A stretch of 64,000 nt of DNA, taken from positions 64,001-128,000 of the forward strand of contig JBFXLE010000001.1 in the NCBI GenBank assembly GCA_050173015.1, read 5' to 3'. Source of the stretch: Calditrichaceae bacterium. Its GTDB lineage: Bacteria; Calditrichota; Calditrichia; Calditrichales; JBFXGD01. Under the pieces are notes generated by a model. The model ran no database searches. It saw nothing but the letters and a program-made list of their open reading frames with translations, and had not been told where the DNA came from. A program made the position numbers and the translations under genes. Shown one piece after another: positions 9,201-19,115 of this stretch. How positions within the stretch are numbered: the first letter of the stretch is position 1; each line of letters opens with the position of its first letter.

Positions 9201-9353
9201 TCTCCGTTGCGCGTGACAGGCGCTCTCTCACCAGCATGGGAGCTTTCTCTCACCGGCATTACAGAATTCTCTCACGCGCATAACAGTTTTGTCTCACCCG
9301 CATAAGAGAATTGTCCCACCGGCGTGACAGACCGTCTCTTATAAGCGTCGCAG
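9201..9353. repeat. Degenerate tandem repeat, about 7 units of 22-23 bp
   Basis: Units start at 9201, 9224, 9246, 9268, 9290, 9312, 9335; consensus approximately TCTCTCACCGGCATGACAG-nnn. Confidence 0.75.
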
Positions 9354-9598
9354 ACCTACTTCTCACGCTTGACTGGGACAAGATCCATCTGTTTTACTAA
9401 ATTCCGTTTTGCCCGAATCCGGATACTTTTTTTTTTAATATGGGAAACAGCATTAAAATCATCAATGTTTTCCACGCCTTCGCCGGTCACCAATGGATAA
9501 AAGTCACATATTCTGCCAAGCTCAACTGATTCATTACCTGGGCTTAAATTAATAAAGATCTCATATCTGATTAGGGATAGAAAATCATGTAATCATCC

Positions 9599-9640
9599 TA
9601 ATCAAGCGAATCCTCCATAGGCGGACAGGTCAGAGTTCAG
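9599..9640. repeat. Second copy of the right arm of the element at 355-396
   Basis: 36/42 identical to 355-396, same orientation. Confidence 0.7.
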
Positions 9641-9711
9641 ATATTGGTTATTAAAGGTAAAGTTTAGCCGAAGATACGTGTTAATCTCAATATCTTTATA
9701 GCGGTGACTGC

Positions 9712-10176
9712 TTAACTGTCTCCGCCATGATCACCTATTAATACCCAACGGGCATTCTGTTTCATCAAAATATCCGTCCAGCGGCCCTGCTCGCTTTTTC
9801 GTTTTCCCTCTTTATCCTCGCTCATTTCCATATAATAGTAATGAACAAAGGCCACATTCCCAAAAATTTTAATAGCCAACGGGTGAATATCATAAGTGAT
9901 AATCTTTGATGTGGCAAAGGATGGCGCTACCCATTTTTCAAGAGACGCTTTGCCTGACGGCATCGCGCTTTTGTTATACCAACCGCTGTAATCGTTGTGG
10001 AAATAACTCAAAAATCCGGGCAGATCACGCTTCGCGCTCATTTGCCAGTAGGTTTCTACATTTTTCCAGACTTCTTTCTGCGCGGCTGACCATTCCTGTG
10101 CCCGGACCGGCGCGCTGTCGATTAATATAAATGTAATCATCAAAAAGAAAGCAGAAATAATTGTGAACTTTTTCAT
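9712..10176 (-). CDS. Secreted NTF2-like (DUF4440/SnoaL-like) protein
   Basis: Signal peptide ending VRA-Q; ...GNVAFVHYYY...GRWTDILMKQNARWVLIGDH; RBS GGGGGA. Confidence 0.85.
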   Translation of the reverse strand: MKKFTIISAFFLMITFILIDSAPVRAQEWSAAQKEVWKNVETYWQMSAKRDLPGFLSYFHNDYSGWYNKSAMPSGKASLEKWVAPSFATSKIITYDIHPLAIKIFGNVAFVHYYYMEMSEDKEGKRKSEQGRWTDILMKQNARWVLIGDHGGDS

Positions 10177-10618
10177 GGTTTCCCCCCTTGAATCTGATAA
10201 GAATGAACTCAGACAATAAATGTCAGAGCTTGCAACTATTTATCTTCGGCTAAATTTTTAAACTAAAAGATCTGAAGCAATTTGACAGACCGGCCCTCTG
10301 TTAACGTCATTATTTTTTGAACGATTACTCACACCGCGGTTAAATATTCCACCCTTATTAAATTGCATGTGATTAAGACGAATATGAACAAGTCTCTTTA
10401 TTATTAAGGTTTAAGAATGATTAGCTTCTAAAACGAATAACGATGTATTATATTCCCCGGCTTAATGAGTCATGATAGCTGTTTACATGATCATAAATTT
10501 CAAAATTCACATTAGAAGCGGTTGAATTCTATCTTTTTGGTTCTTATATTCAAGCCATCATTTGTCGTGATTTAAACCAACTTGCGGCGACAATAAACAA
10601 TTTGCTAAACCGGAGTTG

Positions 10619-10643
10619 AAGACCTGTATCCGGGTCTTTTTTT
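10619..10643 (+). terminator. Terminator-like hairpin in the leader of the 10756 ORF
   Basis: AAGACC...GGTCTT followed by a T-run. Confidence 0.5.
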
Positions 10644-10755
10644 GTTTCCGGGAAAACGGAAAACGTGGAGATTTGTGAGGATTGCAACCACGGAAAATAT
10701 GTGCTAAAACCTTAAAGCGTCCTCAAAATCTCCTCAATATCAGAGGAGGTATCTT

Positions 10756-11568
10756 ATGAAACAGCACTACCCATATTTAGCCGTCGAAGTCATGCCGTTT
10801 GTCTATGAAGTCAAACGTATCCGTTTTATCAAAAACCCCAATATCATGGTTCCGCAGGATGTACTGGCGATTGTATCAAATGATATTGCCCGGTTTGGTA
10901 AAATAAAAGAACGCAAAGAAAACCGCGTCATCAACGCGGCCATAGGATTTCTCAGAAAGGCGGGACATTCCGGGCTTGTCTTTTTGTCAGAAACAGAGGT
11001 TGTTTCAATTGAAGAAGATGGCAGCGTAAAAACTTTGCCGGAACCGGTTAAAAATTTGATTCTTACCGGCCATTTGGGTCAGCTCGGCGGGCAAATCTAT
11101 GAGCCGGACAATAAACAATTGTTCGCCAAATACACGCTTGACAAGGATATGCGTGTGGTGTTTTTTGCCATCTTTGTTCGCAACGAAGCGCTGGAATCAA
11201 AATATCCGGGTGGTTTGCGGCGTTTTCATGAAAAATACGATACGCTTTGCTTTAACAATGAAATGACATTCGCGGATATGGTGATGGGTTTGGAAGACGA
11301 TTCCTGGCATGAAATCATCAGGGATCTGGAGTCACATGATATTAATTATCCGGATGATTTTATCGAAAATGAATTCTTTGGAATTAGATGGGGAATAGAA
11401 ATGGAAGAGAAGCTCCTGAAGGAAAAAACGGGTCAGGTCAAAAAGATCGAAAAAAGCTGCGGAGCAGATTGGCTGATGGGGCACCTCATCGGGCATGATC
11501 TTCATGTTTATTATAACGAACCCGCTCGGGAGGTATCAAGTTTTGATCAGACGGGACAGATGACATAA
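10756..11568 (+). CDS. Hypothetical protein
   Basis: 270-aa ORF with strong RBS GAGGAGG; no family recognised. Confidence 0.7.
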   Translation: MKQHYPYLAVEVMPFVYEVKRIRFIKNPNIMVPQDVLAIVSNDIARFGKIKERKENRVINAAIGFLRKAGHSGLVFLSETEVVSIEEDGSVKTLPEPVKNLILTGHLGQLGGQIYEPDNKQLFAKYTLDKDMRVVFFAIFVRNEALESKYPGGLRRFHEKYDTLCFNNEMTFADMVMGLEDDSWHEIIRDLESHDINYPDDFIENEFFGIRWGIEMEEKLLKEKTGQVKKIEKSCGADWLMGHLIGHDLHVYYNEPAREVSSFDQTGQMT

Positions 11569-11642
11569 ATCACTGCCTCTTTTATAATCCGATTTCCTTT
11601 ACTATATTTCATTTACTTTCAAATTCGGCACGATGAGGGGAT

Positions 11643-12470
11643 ATGGCGGGAAATTCGGATCAGAATAAGTTGAAACCATGGCAGGCAAAGCTGCATACGG
11701 TTATTTTTGAAGCTGACACACGCCCGGGTAAATATTTTGATATAGGACTGATTGTCACCATTCTGGTGAGTGTGCTGGCGGTGATGCTGGACAGCGTTCA
11801 GTCGATCACTCTGCTTTACGGCAACTGGTTATACGCCGCGGAATGGTTCTTTACCATCGCGTTTACCATCGAGTATATTCTTCGGTTAAGCTGCGTGGGG
11901 CGGCCCATAAAATATGCCGTCAGCTTTTTTGGCGTCATCGATTTGCTGGCCATACTGCCAACTTACGTGAGTGTAATTGTGCCCGGCAGCCAGTTTCTGT
12001 TAGTTATAAGAATTCTGCGTGTTTTGCGCATATTCCGGGTATTCAAACTAGTTAAGTATATCAGCGAAGCCAAACTTCTTAGACAGGCGCTTAGGGCCAG
12101 TCAACGCAAAATAACGGTATTTTTATTCACCGTGCTGACCAGCGTCGTCGTCATGGGTTCGCTGATGTATATGATCGAAGGCGCGGGGAATGGATTTACC
12201 AGTATTCCCAGAAGCATTTATTGGGCGATAGTCACCTTGACCACCGTTGGTTACGGTGATATTTCTCCTCAGACTCCCATTGGTCAGATGCTGGCATCTG
12301 TTATAATGATAATGGGATACGGCATTATTGCAGTGCCCACCGGTATCGTCACGGTGGAGATGACACGCGCCCAGCAGAAAATCGTATCGACACAGGCCTG
12401 TCCGCAGTGCGCGGCGGAAGGTCACGATCATGACGCGGTACATTGCAAGTATTGCGGAGCTAAACTTTAA
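11643..12470 (+). CDS. Voltage-gated-type potassium channel (ion transporter) with C-terminal Zn ribbon
   Basis: TTVGYGD selectivity filter; S4-like RILRVLRIFRVFK; CPQC...CKYCG. Confidence 0.95.
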   Translation: MAGNSDQNKLKPWQAKLHTVIFEADTRPGKYFDIGLIVTILVSVLAVMLDSVQSITLLYGNWLYAAEWFFTIAFTIEYILRLSCVGRPIKYAVSFFGVIDLLAILPTYVSVIVPGSQFLLVIRILRVLRIFRVFKLVKYISEAKLLRQALRASQRKITVFLFTVLTSVVVMGSLMYMIEGAGNGFTSIPRSIYWAIVTLTTVGYGDISPQTPIGQMLASVIMIMGYGIIAVPTGIVTVEMTRAQQKIVSTQACPQCAAEGHDHDAVHCKYCGAKL

Positions 12471-12629
12471 CCGCGTCCCACCATTTACAGGATCAGATAA
12501 AATAGATGAATATATTGGTCCGTAAGCGCCAATTATTTTAAGGCGCAGCCTGAAAAATAAAGCCTTCTCATTAAAAAAATAATTTCACTTGCTCTCAGGC
12601 CAAATAAACACTACTCTAAATAAAGCACT

Positions 12630-15428
12630 TTGTTTAATAACGCGGGAAACAGGCTGGTCCTGAAAAATTGGATGAACCAAAAAATATCGGGGACACAGAC
12701 AGTTTCAATCGAAGATTCTCTAAAAGATCGTATTGCGTATCTGGAACAATCTGAGAAATTGTTGCGGGATGAAATCGATGCGCTAAAGGAGACAGAGGAA
12801 AGATACGCGCGAATCTTCAGGCAGTCGAAAGACGCCATCTTTATTCATGATCTGACAGGAAAAATTCTGGATGTGAACCAGGAAGCGCTAAATCTTTTTG
12901 GGTATTCCTTTAATGAATTTGTCGGTATGAAAATTTCTTCCCTTCATCCTCCTGATGAATTGCCAATTTCTGAAAAAACACTGAACATCGTCAAGAAAAA
13001 AGAAATCGTAAATACGGAAATCCGTTTCAAAAAGAAGAATGGTGAAATCTTTCCGGCGGAATTGTTTGGAGGGTTGTACTCCTTTAAGGGAGATAAATTT
13101 GTTCAGGGGATTGTCCGGGATATTTCGGATCGGAAAAGAGCGGAAAAAGCTCTGAGTGAATCCAAAAGAACGCTTCAAAATATTTACGATACCATTCCGG
13201 ACGCGGTTATTTCAACCGACGCTAAGTATAATATAACCTCCTGCAATCAGGCAGTCTATAAAGTGCTTGGATATAAACCGGAAGAATTAAATGGTAAAAG
13301 TTATCAAATGATCGTCGCGGAAGAGATGATAAATGATCCAAAACAGTTAAAAAGAGAAAAAGAATTATTCAAAAAGGGATATCTTGAACAAATCGAATAC
13401 ATTTTTAAAAGAAAGAATGGAGAAAAGTTTTTGGCAAGCTATTCTGTGGTAATGAATTTTAATGAACATGATAAATTTGTCGGCCTGGTGGGAACCATTC
13501 GTGATATCACAGAAAGAAAAAAAGTAGAAACCGCTTTAAAAGAATCGGAAGAAAAATTTAGAAATCTCGCTGAACAGTCTCCCAACATGATATTTATTAA
13601 CAAGAACGGGAAGATCGTTTATGTCAATAAACGCTGTGAAGAAATAATGGGTTATGATAAGGATGAATTTTATAGCGATGAATTTGACTTTTTGTCTTTG
13701 ATTGACAGTGCGTCTAAAGATATAGTCAGAAAATCGTTTCGCGATCATTCACAAGGGAAAGAAGTGCAGCCATTCGAATATCTTCTTAAGACAAAAAACA
13801 ATCGTAATCTTAACGCAATCCTTACCACGAAGCTCATTCAATATGAATCAGGAACGGCAATTCTTGGCATCGTAACGGATATCACTAAATGGAAACAGGC
13901 GGAATTAGCTCTCAAAGAGTCAGAAGAAAAATACAGAAAATTTTTTGAGGATGATTTAACGGGTGATTACATAACCACTCCCGAAGGTGATTTATTGTCA
14001 TGTAATCCGGCTTTCGCGAAAATATTTGGATTTGATTCTGTCGAAGATGCATTAAAATGTAATGTGATGTCATTCTATCCTGACCCAAAGACCAGGCAAA
14101 AATTGTTGCGGCTGTTAAAGAAAAAAAGAAGACTGGAATATTATGAGATGGAACTTCGTGACCGGAAAGGAAAGCCCGTCTATATTATTACCAATGTTAC
14201 CGGTCAGTTCGATAAAAGCGGAAATCTGACGGAATTGAAAGGTTACCTGTTTAACAATACAAAATTTAAGCAGCTTGAAGAACAGTTCCGCCAGGCTCAG
14301 AAAATGGAGGCGATAGGGCGTTTGGCCGGTGGTATAGAGCACGACTTTAACAATTTACTGACCATTATTCGCGGGTACAGTGAATTGAATATTACGGATC
14401 TTAAAATAAGTGACCCGTTTTATAACCGAATGGTGCAAATTGATAAAGCGGCCGAACGGGCAGAAAAGCTTACGCGTCAACTGCTGGCGTTTAGCCGAAG
14501 ACAGGTATTAATGCCAAAAATTATTAATATGAACGAGCTTTTGGAAGATATTCAAAATATGATAAAACGCATCATCGGCGAAGACATAGAGCTTATTACA
14601 ATTTTAGAGCCAAAACTGGGCGCCATTAAAGCTGATCCCGGCCAGGTCGAACAGGTCATCATGAATTTGGTTGTAAATGCCCGTGACGCGATGCCGCAAG
14701 GGGAGAAGCTAATCATCGAGACGAGAAAAGCGGATGTGGAGATTACTGCCGCGAAAGGATTCAGAAACGCGGAATCCGGTGAGTATATAATGCTGGCGAT
14801 CAGCGATACCGGTGTTGGTATGGATGAAAAAGTGAAATCGAGAATATTTGAACCTTTTTTTACAACCAAGGATACCGGTAAAGGCACGGGACTGGGTCTG
14901 GCGACCGTTTATGGAATCGTCAAACAAAGCGGGGGATATATTGATGTTTACAGCCAGGCGGGAAGAGGCAGCGCGTTTAAAATATATTTACCCGCAATAG
15001 ATGAAACGCCGGGGAGCATAGCAGAAGAAGATACTGTTGAGATTGATCTGTCCGGATACGAGTCAGTACTGGTGGTGGAAGATGAAACAGAAGTTCGTAA
15101 TATTGTCTCTCAGACATTAACATCGTATGGATACACGGTTTATGAAGCAGCGGATGGTCAGGAGGCTATACAAATTTGCATGAACTCTGAAAACACGATA
15201 CATCTTATCGTCAGTGATATTATTATGCCCAGGATGAGTGGTCATCACCTGATTGGAAGGGTTAAATCCGTATTTCCGGATATTAAAATATTGTTTATGT
15301 CGGGATACACCGATGGCGCGATGATTCATCAGGGATTGCTGGGACCCCAACTGCATTATTTACAAAAACCATTTACCCCCCGGATTCTGCTTAGAAAAGT
15401 AAGAGAAGTTCTTGATGAAGTTTTATAG
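12630..15428 (+). CDS. Multi-PAS hybrid sensor histidine kinase/response regulator (start may be ATG 12672)
   Basis: Four PAS/PAC units; QAQKMEAIGRLAGGIEHDFNN H-box; NARDAM, DTGVGM, GTGLGL; C-terminal receiver domain. Confidence 0.95.
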   Translation: MFNNAGNRLVLKNWMNQKISGTQTVSIEDSLKDRIAYLEQSEKLLRDEIDALKETEERYARIFRQSKDAIFIHDLTGKILDVNQEALNLFGYSFNEFVGMKISSLHPPDELPISEKTLNIVKKKEIVNTEIRFKKKNGEIFPAELFGGLYSFKGDKFVQGIVRDISDRKRAEKALSESKRTLQNIYDTIPDAVISTDAKYNITSCNQAVYKVLGYKPEELNGKSYQMIVAEEMINDPKQLKREKELFKKGYLEQIEYIFKRKNGEKFLASYSVVMNFNEHDKFVGLVGTIRDITERKKVETALKESEEKFRNLAEQSPNMIFINKNGKIVYVNKRCEEIMGYDKDEFYSDEFDFLSLIDSASKDIVRKSFRDHSQGKEVQPFEYLLKTKNNRNLNAILTTKLIQYESGTAILGIVTDITKWKQAELALKESEEKYRKFFEDDLTGDYITTPEGDLLSCNPAFAKIFGFDSVEDALKCNVMSFYPDPKTRQKLLRLLKKKRRLEYYEMELRDRKGKPVYIITNVTGQFDKSGNLTELKGYLFNNTKFKQLEEQFRQAQKMEAIGRLAGGIEHDFNNLLTIIRGYSELNITDLKISDPFYNRMVQIDKAAERAEKLTRQLLAFSRRQVLMPKIINMNELLEDIQNMIKRIIGEDIELITILEPKLGAIKADPGQVEQVIMNLVVNARDAMPQGEKLIIETRKADVEITAAKGFRNAESGEYIMLAISDTGVGMDEKVKSRIFEPFFTTKDTGKGTGLGLATVYGIVKQSGGYIDVYSQAGRGSAFKIYLPAIDETPGSIAEEDTVEIDLSGYESVLVVEDETEVRNIVSQTLTSYGYTVYEAADGQEAIQICMNSENTIHLIVSDIIMPRMSGHHLIGRVKSVFPDIKILFMSGYTDGAMIHQGLLGPQLHYLQKPFTPRILLRKVREVLDEVL

Positions 15429-15433
15429 CGCTT

Positions 15434-17248
15434 TCACGTCTTAAGTGGAAATATCAAGTCATCTTTTTCAACCAGTTTTCCAAAATCATCAAGTTCGAGT
15501 GGTTTGCTGAACAGATACCCCTGATATTTATAACATTTTTGCGCCCCTAAAAAGGCCAGATGTTCGGGCTCTTCGACCCCTTCCGCGATCACTTCTTTGT
15601 TAAGGTTTTGTCCAAGAACAATGATGGATTTTACCAGTTCCTTGTTCTTCTCACTGGTGCCGATATGTTGTATAAAAGAGCGATCGATTTTAATCGAAGT
15701 GGCCGGTATTTTATGCAGATATACCAAAGACGCGAATCCAATTCCAAAATCATCAATAGCGAGTTTAATGCCGAGCCGGTTTAATTCATTAATATTTGTG
15801 ATCACTTCCTTTTGGTCATCCAGATAACTGGTCTCCGTAAGCTCAAGTTGAATGTATTTGGGGTCAATATCGGATGCCTTCAATATTCTTTCCAGGCTTT
15901 TTATCATATTGGTGGATTTTAACTGTTTCGCGGAAAGATTTATCGAGACGTACAGATTCGGATTTATCTTTCGTATGACCGAGTTGAATTCCTGACAGGT
16001 TTTGTTGAATATCCAATCCCCCAGTCTGTTTATCAAATTGTTTTCTTCGGCGATCGGGATAAATGAAACGGGAGGAACAGCTCCCAGTTCCGGATTTTGC
16101 CAGCGAACCAACGCTTCAGAGCCTACAATCTTATAATCTCCGTTTGTTTTTTTTTCGATAATCGGCTGATAAACCATTTTAAGCTGTTTGTCAAACGTTT
16201 TATCTTTTACCATCGTGCGGAGATTATTTTCAATTTTTAAGCGGTTCATCGATTTGTCTGTCATGTCTTTTGAAAAGAATTGATAATTGTTTTTTCCTCG
16301 CTTTTTGGCGTTGTACATGGCGATATCGGCATTTTTGACTAAAGTTTCACGATCTTTACCGTCTCTCGGGAAGAAAACGATGCCGATACTTGGAGTCAGG
16401 TAGGTGATTTTATGGTTTTTGATGAAATAAGGTTCGGATAGATTCTTTATTAAGCGCTCCGCCACCGTACTGGCCTGAAATTCCTGTTTTAATCTGCGGG
16501 CAATGACGGTAAACTCGTCGCCGCCGAGACGGAATACATAATCGGATTTCCTCAAGGAGTCATTCATCCTTTTGGCGGCTTCTTTGAGGACCATATCTCC
16601 GACATCGTGGCCCAGAGTATCGTTAACGAGCTTGAAATTATCCAAATCACAAAAGAGGACCGCGTTGATACTGTGCGCGGCATCCCGTTCCGATTCAAGC
16701 AGAATCTGATCAAGCTGTTCATAAAAGGCGTCGCGGTTTCTTAATCCGGTAAGCTTGTCATGATACGCGAGATATTTTAATTCCTTCTGGGAAAGGACGA
16801 CCGCGGTCAGATTGGATCCAAAAAAGCAAATATGTGATATTTCTTTGCTTTCGCTGTCTTTAAATATCGGTTGATAATAGCGTTTATAGTATAAAGATTT
16901 ATTTTTATCATGAAAATAAAGCTCTTCCGTAAAACGGATCGTCTTTTTTTCTGTGAGTACCCGCGCAAAATTTTCTTTTCTCTTCTGACTGGAGTCAGAA
17001 CTGATACCCATGAGTTTAAAGAAATAATCATCATCTTTCCCCAGGATGGATTTACGAAGTTTGGCATCTACCAAATAGAGCTCATTGACAAATTCGTATT
17101 TGCCTTCAGAATTGTAAACGGCCACTTCCATCGGGACTTTTTGAAGAAGCATGTACTCATTTTTGAAGCTAACCGGATCGGTTCCATCTGAATTGTCATT
17201 GGATCTGTTCAGAAACGAGAACAGGCCTTTTTTCTGTGTCTTTGTCAT
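15434..17248 (-). CDS. PAS-GGDEF-EAL diguanylate cyclase/phosphodiesterase
   Basis: DLDNFKLVND, RLGGDEF, EALVRW, ELTE, DDFG, AEGVE. Confidence 0.95.
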   Translation of the reverse strand: MTKTQKKGLFSFLNRSNDNSDGTDPVSFKNEYMLLQKVPMEVAVYNSEGKYEFVNELYLVDAKLRKSILGKDDDYFFKLMGISSDSSQKRKENFARVLTEKKTIRFTEELYFHDKNKSLYYKRYYQPIFKDSESKEISHICFFGSNLTAVVLSQKELKYLAYHDKLTGLRNRDAFYEQLDQILLESERDAAHSINAVLFCDLDNFKLVNDTLGHDVGDMVLKEAAKRMNDSLRKSDYVFRLGGDEFTVIARRLKQEFQASTVAERLIKNLSEPYFIKNHKITYLTPSIGIVFFPRDGKDRETLVKNADIAMYNAKKRGKNNYQFFSKDMTDKSMNRLKIENNLRTMVKDKTFDKQLKMVYQPIIEKKTNGDYKIVGSEALVRWQNPELGAVPPVSFIPIAEENNLINRLGDWIFNKTCQEFNSVIRKINPNLYVSINLSAKQLKSTNMIKSLERILKASDIDPKYIQLELTETSYLDDQKEVITNINELNRLGIKLAIDDFGIGFASLVYLHKIPATSIKIDRSFIQHIGTSEKNKELVKSIIVLGQNLNKEVIAEGVEEPEHLAFLGAQKCYKYQGYLFSKPLELDDFGKLVEKDDLIFPLKT

Positions 17249-17425
17249 ATTCCTTCAACACCACGGTTTAGGTTATGGATTAAATGATTCTCTTTGTATC
17301 ATGATTCTATCCTGATAATCGGCAAAAATGAATTTTCTTTACTCAAAATATAATAATTGGATAGAAGCAAGAGTGATCAACATCAATCAATTTTCCATAA
17401 CTTATGAAAGTATTTCATCCTCATT

Positions 17426-18205
17426 CTAATAATTTATTGTAAAGATCAGAGCTTCGCGATTTTGCTCCCAGGCATCATCGGGGCCGATATCAGGAAGCTC
17501 CAGAGTGATCACGGGTATATTCCGTTCATTCCCAGCGTAATTCCCGAATGAACCGGGAGTCGGGTATCCGATATCACTACTCACCGGATAGCCGTTCATT
17601 TGTGCAATTGTTTTTGCAAGATCCGATGCCGGACCGTCATAGTTCACCACATGTAAATCCTGATGAATTGTTATGATTTTATCCGGTCGGTATTCATTCA
17701 ATAAATCAATTATCATCCGTGTCTCAATTTCCGACGCGGGTTCCGGCCCTGGATAATTCTTTTGTTTTTGATAAGCGGGTGACCAGTCATCAGTTGGGAA
17801 ATTTCTGTTAAGATCCACTTTTTTCGAATTAAGCCGGCTTCGTTCAAATAACCCATCGGGATTTACCGCGGGGACAAGAATCACTCTTTGCCGGATTTGA
17901 TCCTGAATGGCAGCAAGATCCTCCGCCAGCCGGATAACCAGATGAAAACCGGTTTGTTCATCCCCGTGAAAAGCGCCGAGCACGAGTGTTGTGCGCGCTG
18001 ATTGTCCCAGTTCCAAAAGATAGATGTTTCGTCCCAAGCCGCTCTTTGCGTAAATTTTCCAGTCAAGTGAGCTCCGGCTAATCAATTCATATGTCTTTTT
18101 GGTCTCCCTATGTAATAACAGATGTCTGAAGTAGGGTACAAAAATATAATAACCCGCAACGCACAGAATCAAAATTAATAGTATAAGATGACTTTTTGAA
18201 TTCAT
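17426..18205 (-). CDS. mpaA: M14 zinc carboxypeptidase, murein peptide amidase A-like, with N-terminal membrane anchor
   Basis: FHGDE, NPDG, DLNRNFP, TIH, GYPTPGSFG, ITLEL. Confidence 0.8.
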   Translation of the reverse strand: MNSKSHLILLILILCVAGYYIFVPYFRHLLLHRETKKTYELISRSSLDWKIYAKSGLGRNIYLLELGQSARTTLVLGAFHGDEQTGFHLVIRLAEDLAAIQDQIRQRVILVPAVNPDGLFERSRLNSKKVDLNRNFPTDDWSPAYQKQKNYPGPEPASEIETRMIIDLLNEYRPDKIITIHQDLHVVNYDGPASDLAKTIAQMNGYPVSSDIGYPTPGSFGNYAGNERNIPVITLELPDIGPDDAWEQNREALIFTINY

Positions 18206-18548
18206 CTGCAAATCGGATCCTTCCGGGTCTTACGACAGGAGAATTAAGAAAAACTAAATGTATCAATTAACAGTGAAATTTCAAAGTTCTTTTTTGGGCA
18301 AAGATGGCAAATTAGACAGAATTATTCTCAATCCTGAACATATTATGGTTCTTATTCGCGGTTGATATTCACAAGCAATTTCTTTTTTTTGGCGAAAATT
18401 GTCAAAAAATGCTTATTTATCTTGCAAACAAGGTGTTTTATTGCTTGATTGTAATCTCAATATTTGCTTAATTTATAAATAATTTTTCCAAAATTTTTAT
18501 TGAATAAAAAATACGAATATTTTATTTCGGTTGATTGCAGGTATTCAT

Positions 18549-19115
18549 ATGGCTTTATCTTACGGATTTATTGAAACTAGAGGGCTGATCGGCGCCATTG
18601 AAGCGGCGGATGCCATGGTGAAAGCGGCAAAGGTTCATCTTGTGAACACTAAAAAAGTAGGGGCCGCTTTGGTTACGGTTATTGTTGAAGGTGAGCTTGA
18701 CGCCTGTCAGGCTGCCGTTAATGCCGGAAAAGCAGCGGCCGAACGGACCGGACAGCTGGTTTCAGCGCATGTCATTCCAAATCCATTTGAAGATACTGAG
18801 CAGCTGGTTTCAATCGGTCTTGTCCGTAAAAAAGCACGGCAGAAAAATGAAATAGAATCAGAAAATCCCGCGGCGGCAAAAATCAAAACACCGGAAAAAG
18901 CAAAAAAGGCAAAATCGGTAAAGAAATCACCGGAGACGCGGGTTGTTGAAATGCTTAGGGCGAAAGAGAATGGTCTGACACTGGATGAAATTGCGCTAAA
19001 ATTAAAAATGCCCACGAATGAAGTTCGTATTATACTGAAAAAATTGATGGATGAAAGCAGTATTGAAAAGGTCCGGCAGCGTTACTATCCTGCCTCGGGC
19101 GGAGACACTAAATGA
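18549..19115 (+). CDS. BMC-H shell protein with Lys-rich linker and C-terminal HTH (EutK-like architecture)
   Basis: GFIETRGLIGAIEAADAMVKAA...HVIPNP, then LTLDEIALKLKMPTNEVRIILKKL; ATG 18549 preferred over TTG 18531. Confidence 0.88.
   Translation: MALSYGFIETRGLIGAIEAADAMVKAAKVHLVNTKKVGAALVTVIVEGELDACQAAVNAGKAAAERTGQLVSAHVIPNPFEDTEQLVSIGLVRKKARQKNEIESENPAAAKIKTPEKAKKAKSVKKSPETRVVEMLRAKENGLTLDEIALKLKMPTNEVRIILKKLMDESSIEKVRQRYYPASGGDTK

Noticed and set aside
9201-9375. CRISPR array
   Set aside because: Units are contiguous and degenerate with no unique spacers; no cas genes in the window
8700-9700. Integron integrase gene or remnant
   Set aside because: No ORF of 60 aa or more and no tyrosine-recombinase motif seen by eye; a highly decayed remnant cannot be excluded without tBLASTn
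14320-14360. Atypical H-box GGIEHDFNN as a sign of pseudogenisation
   Set aside because: The phospho-His and ATP-binding boxes are intact and the ORF is uninterrupted; one substitution is not enough evidence
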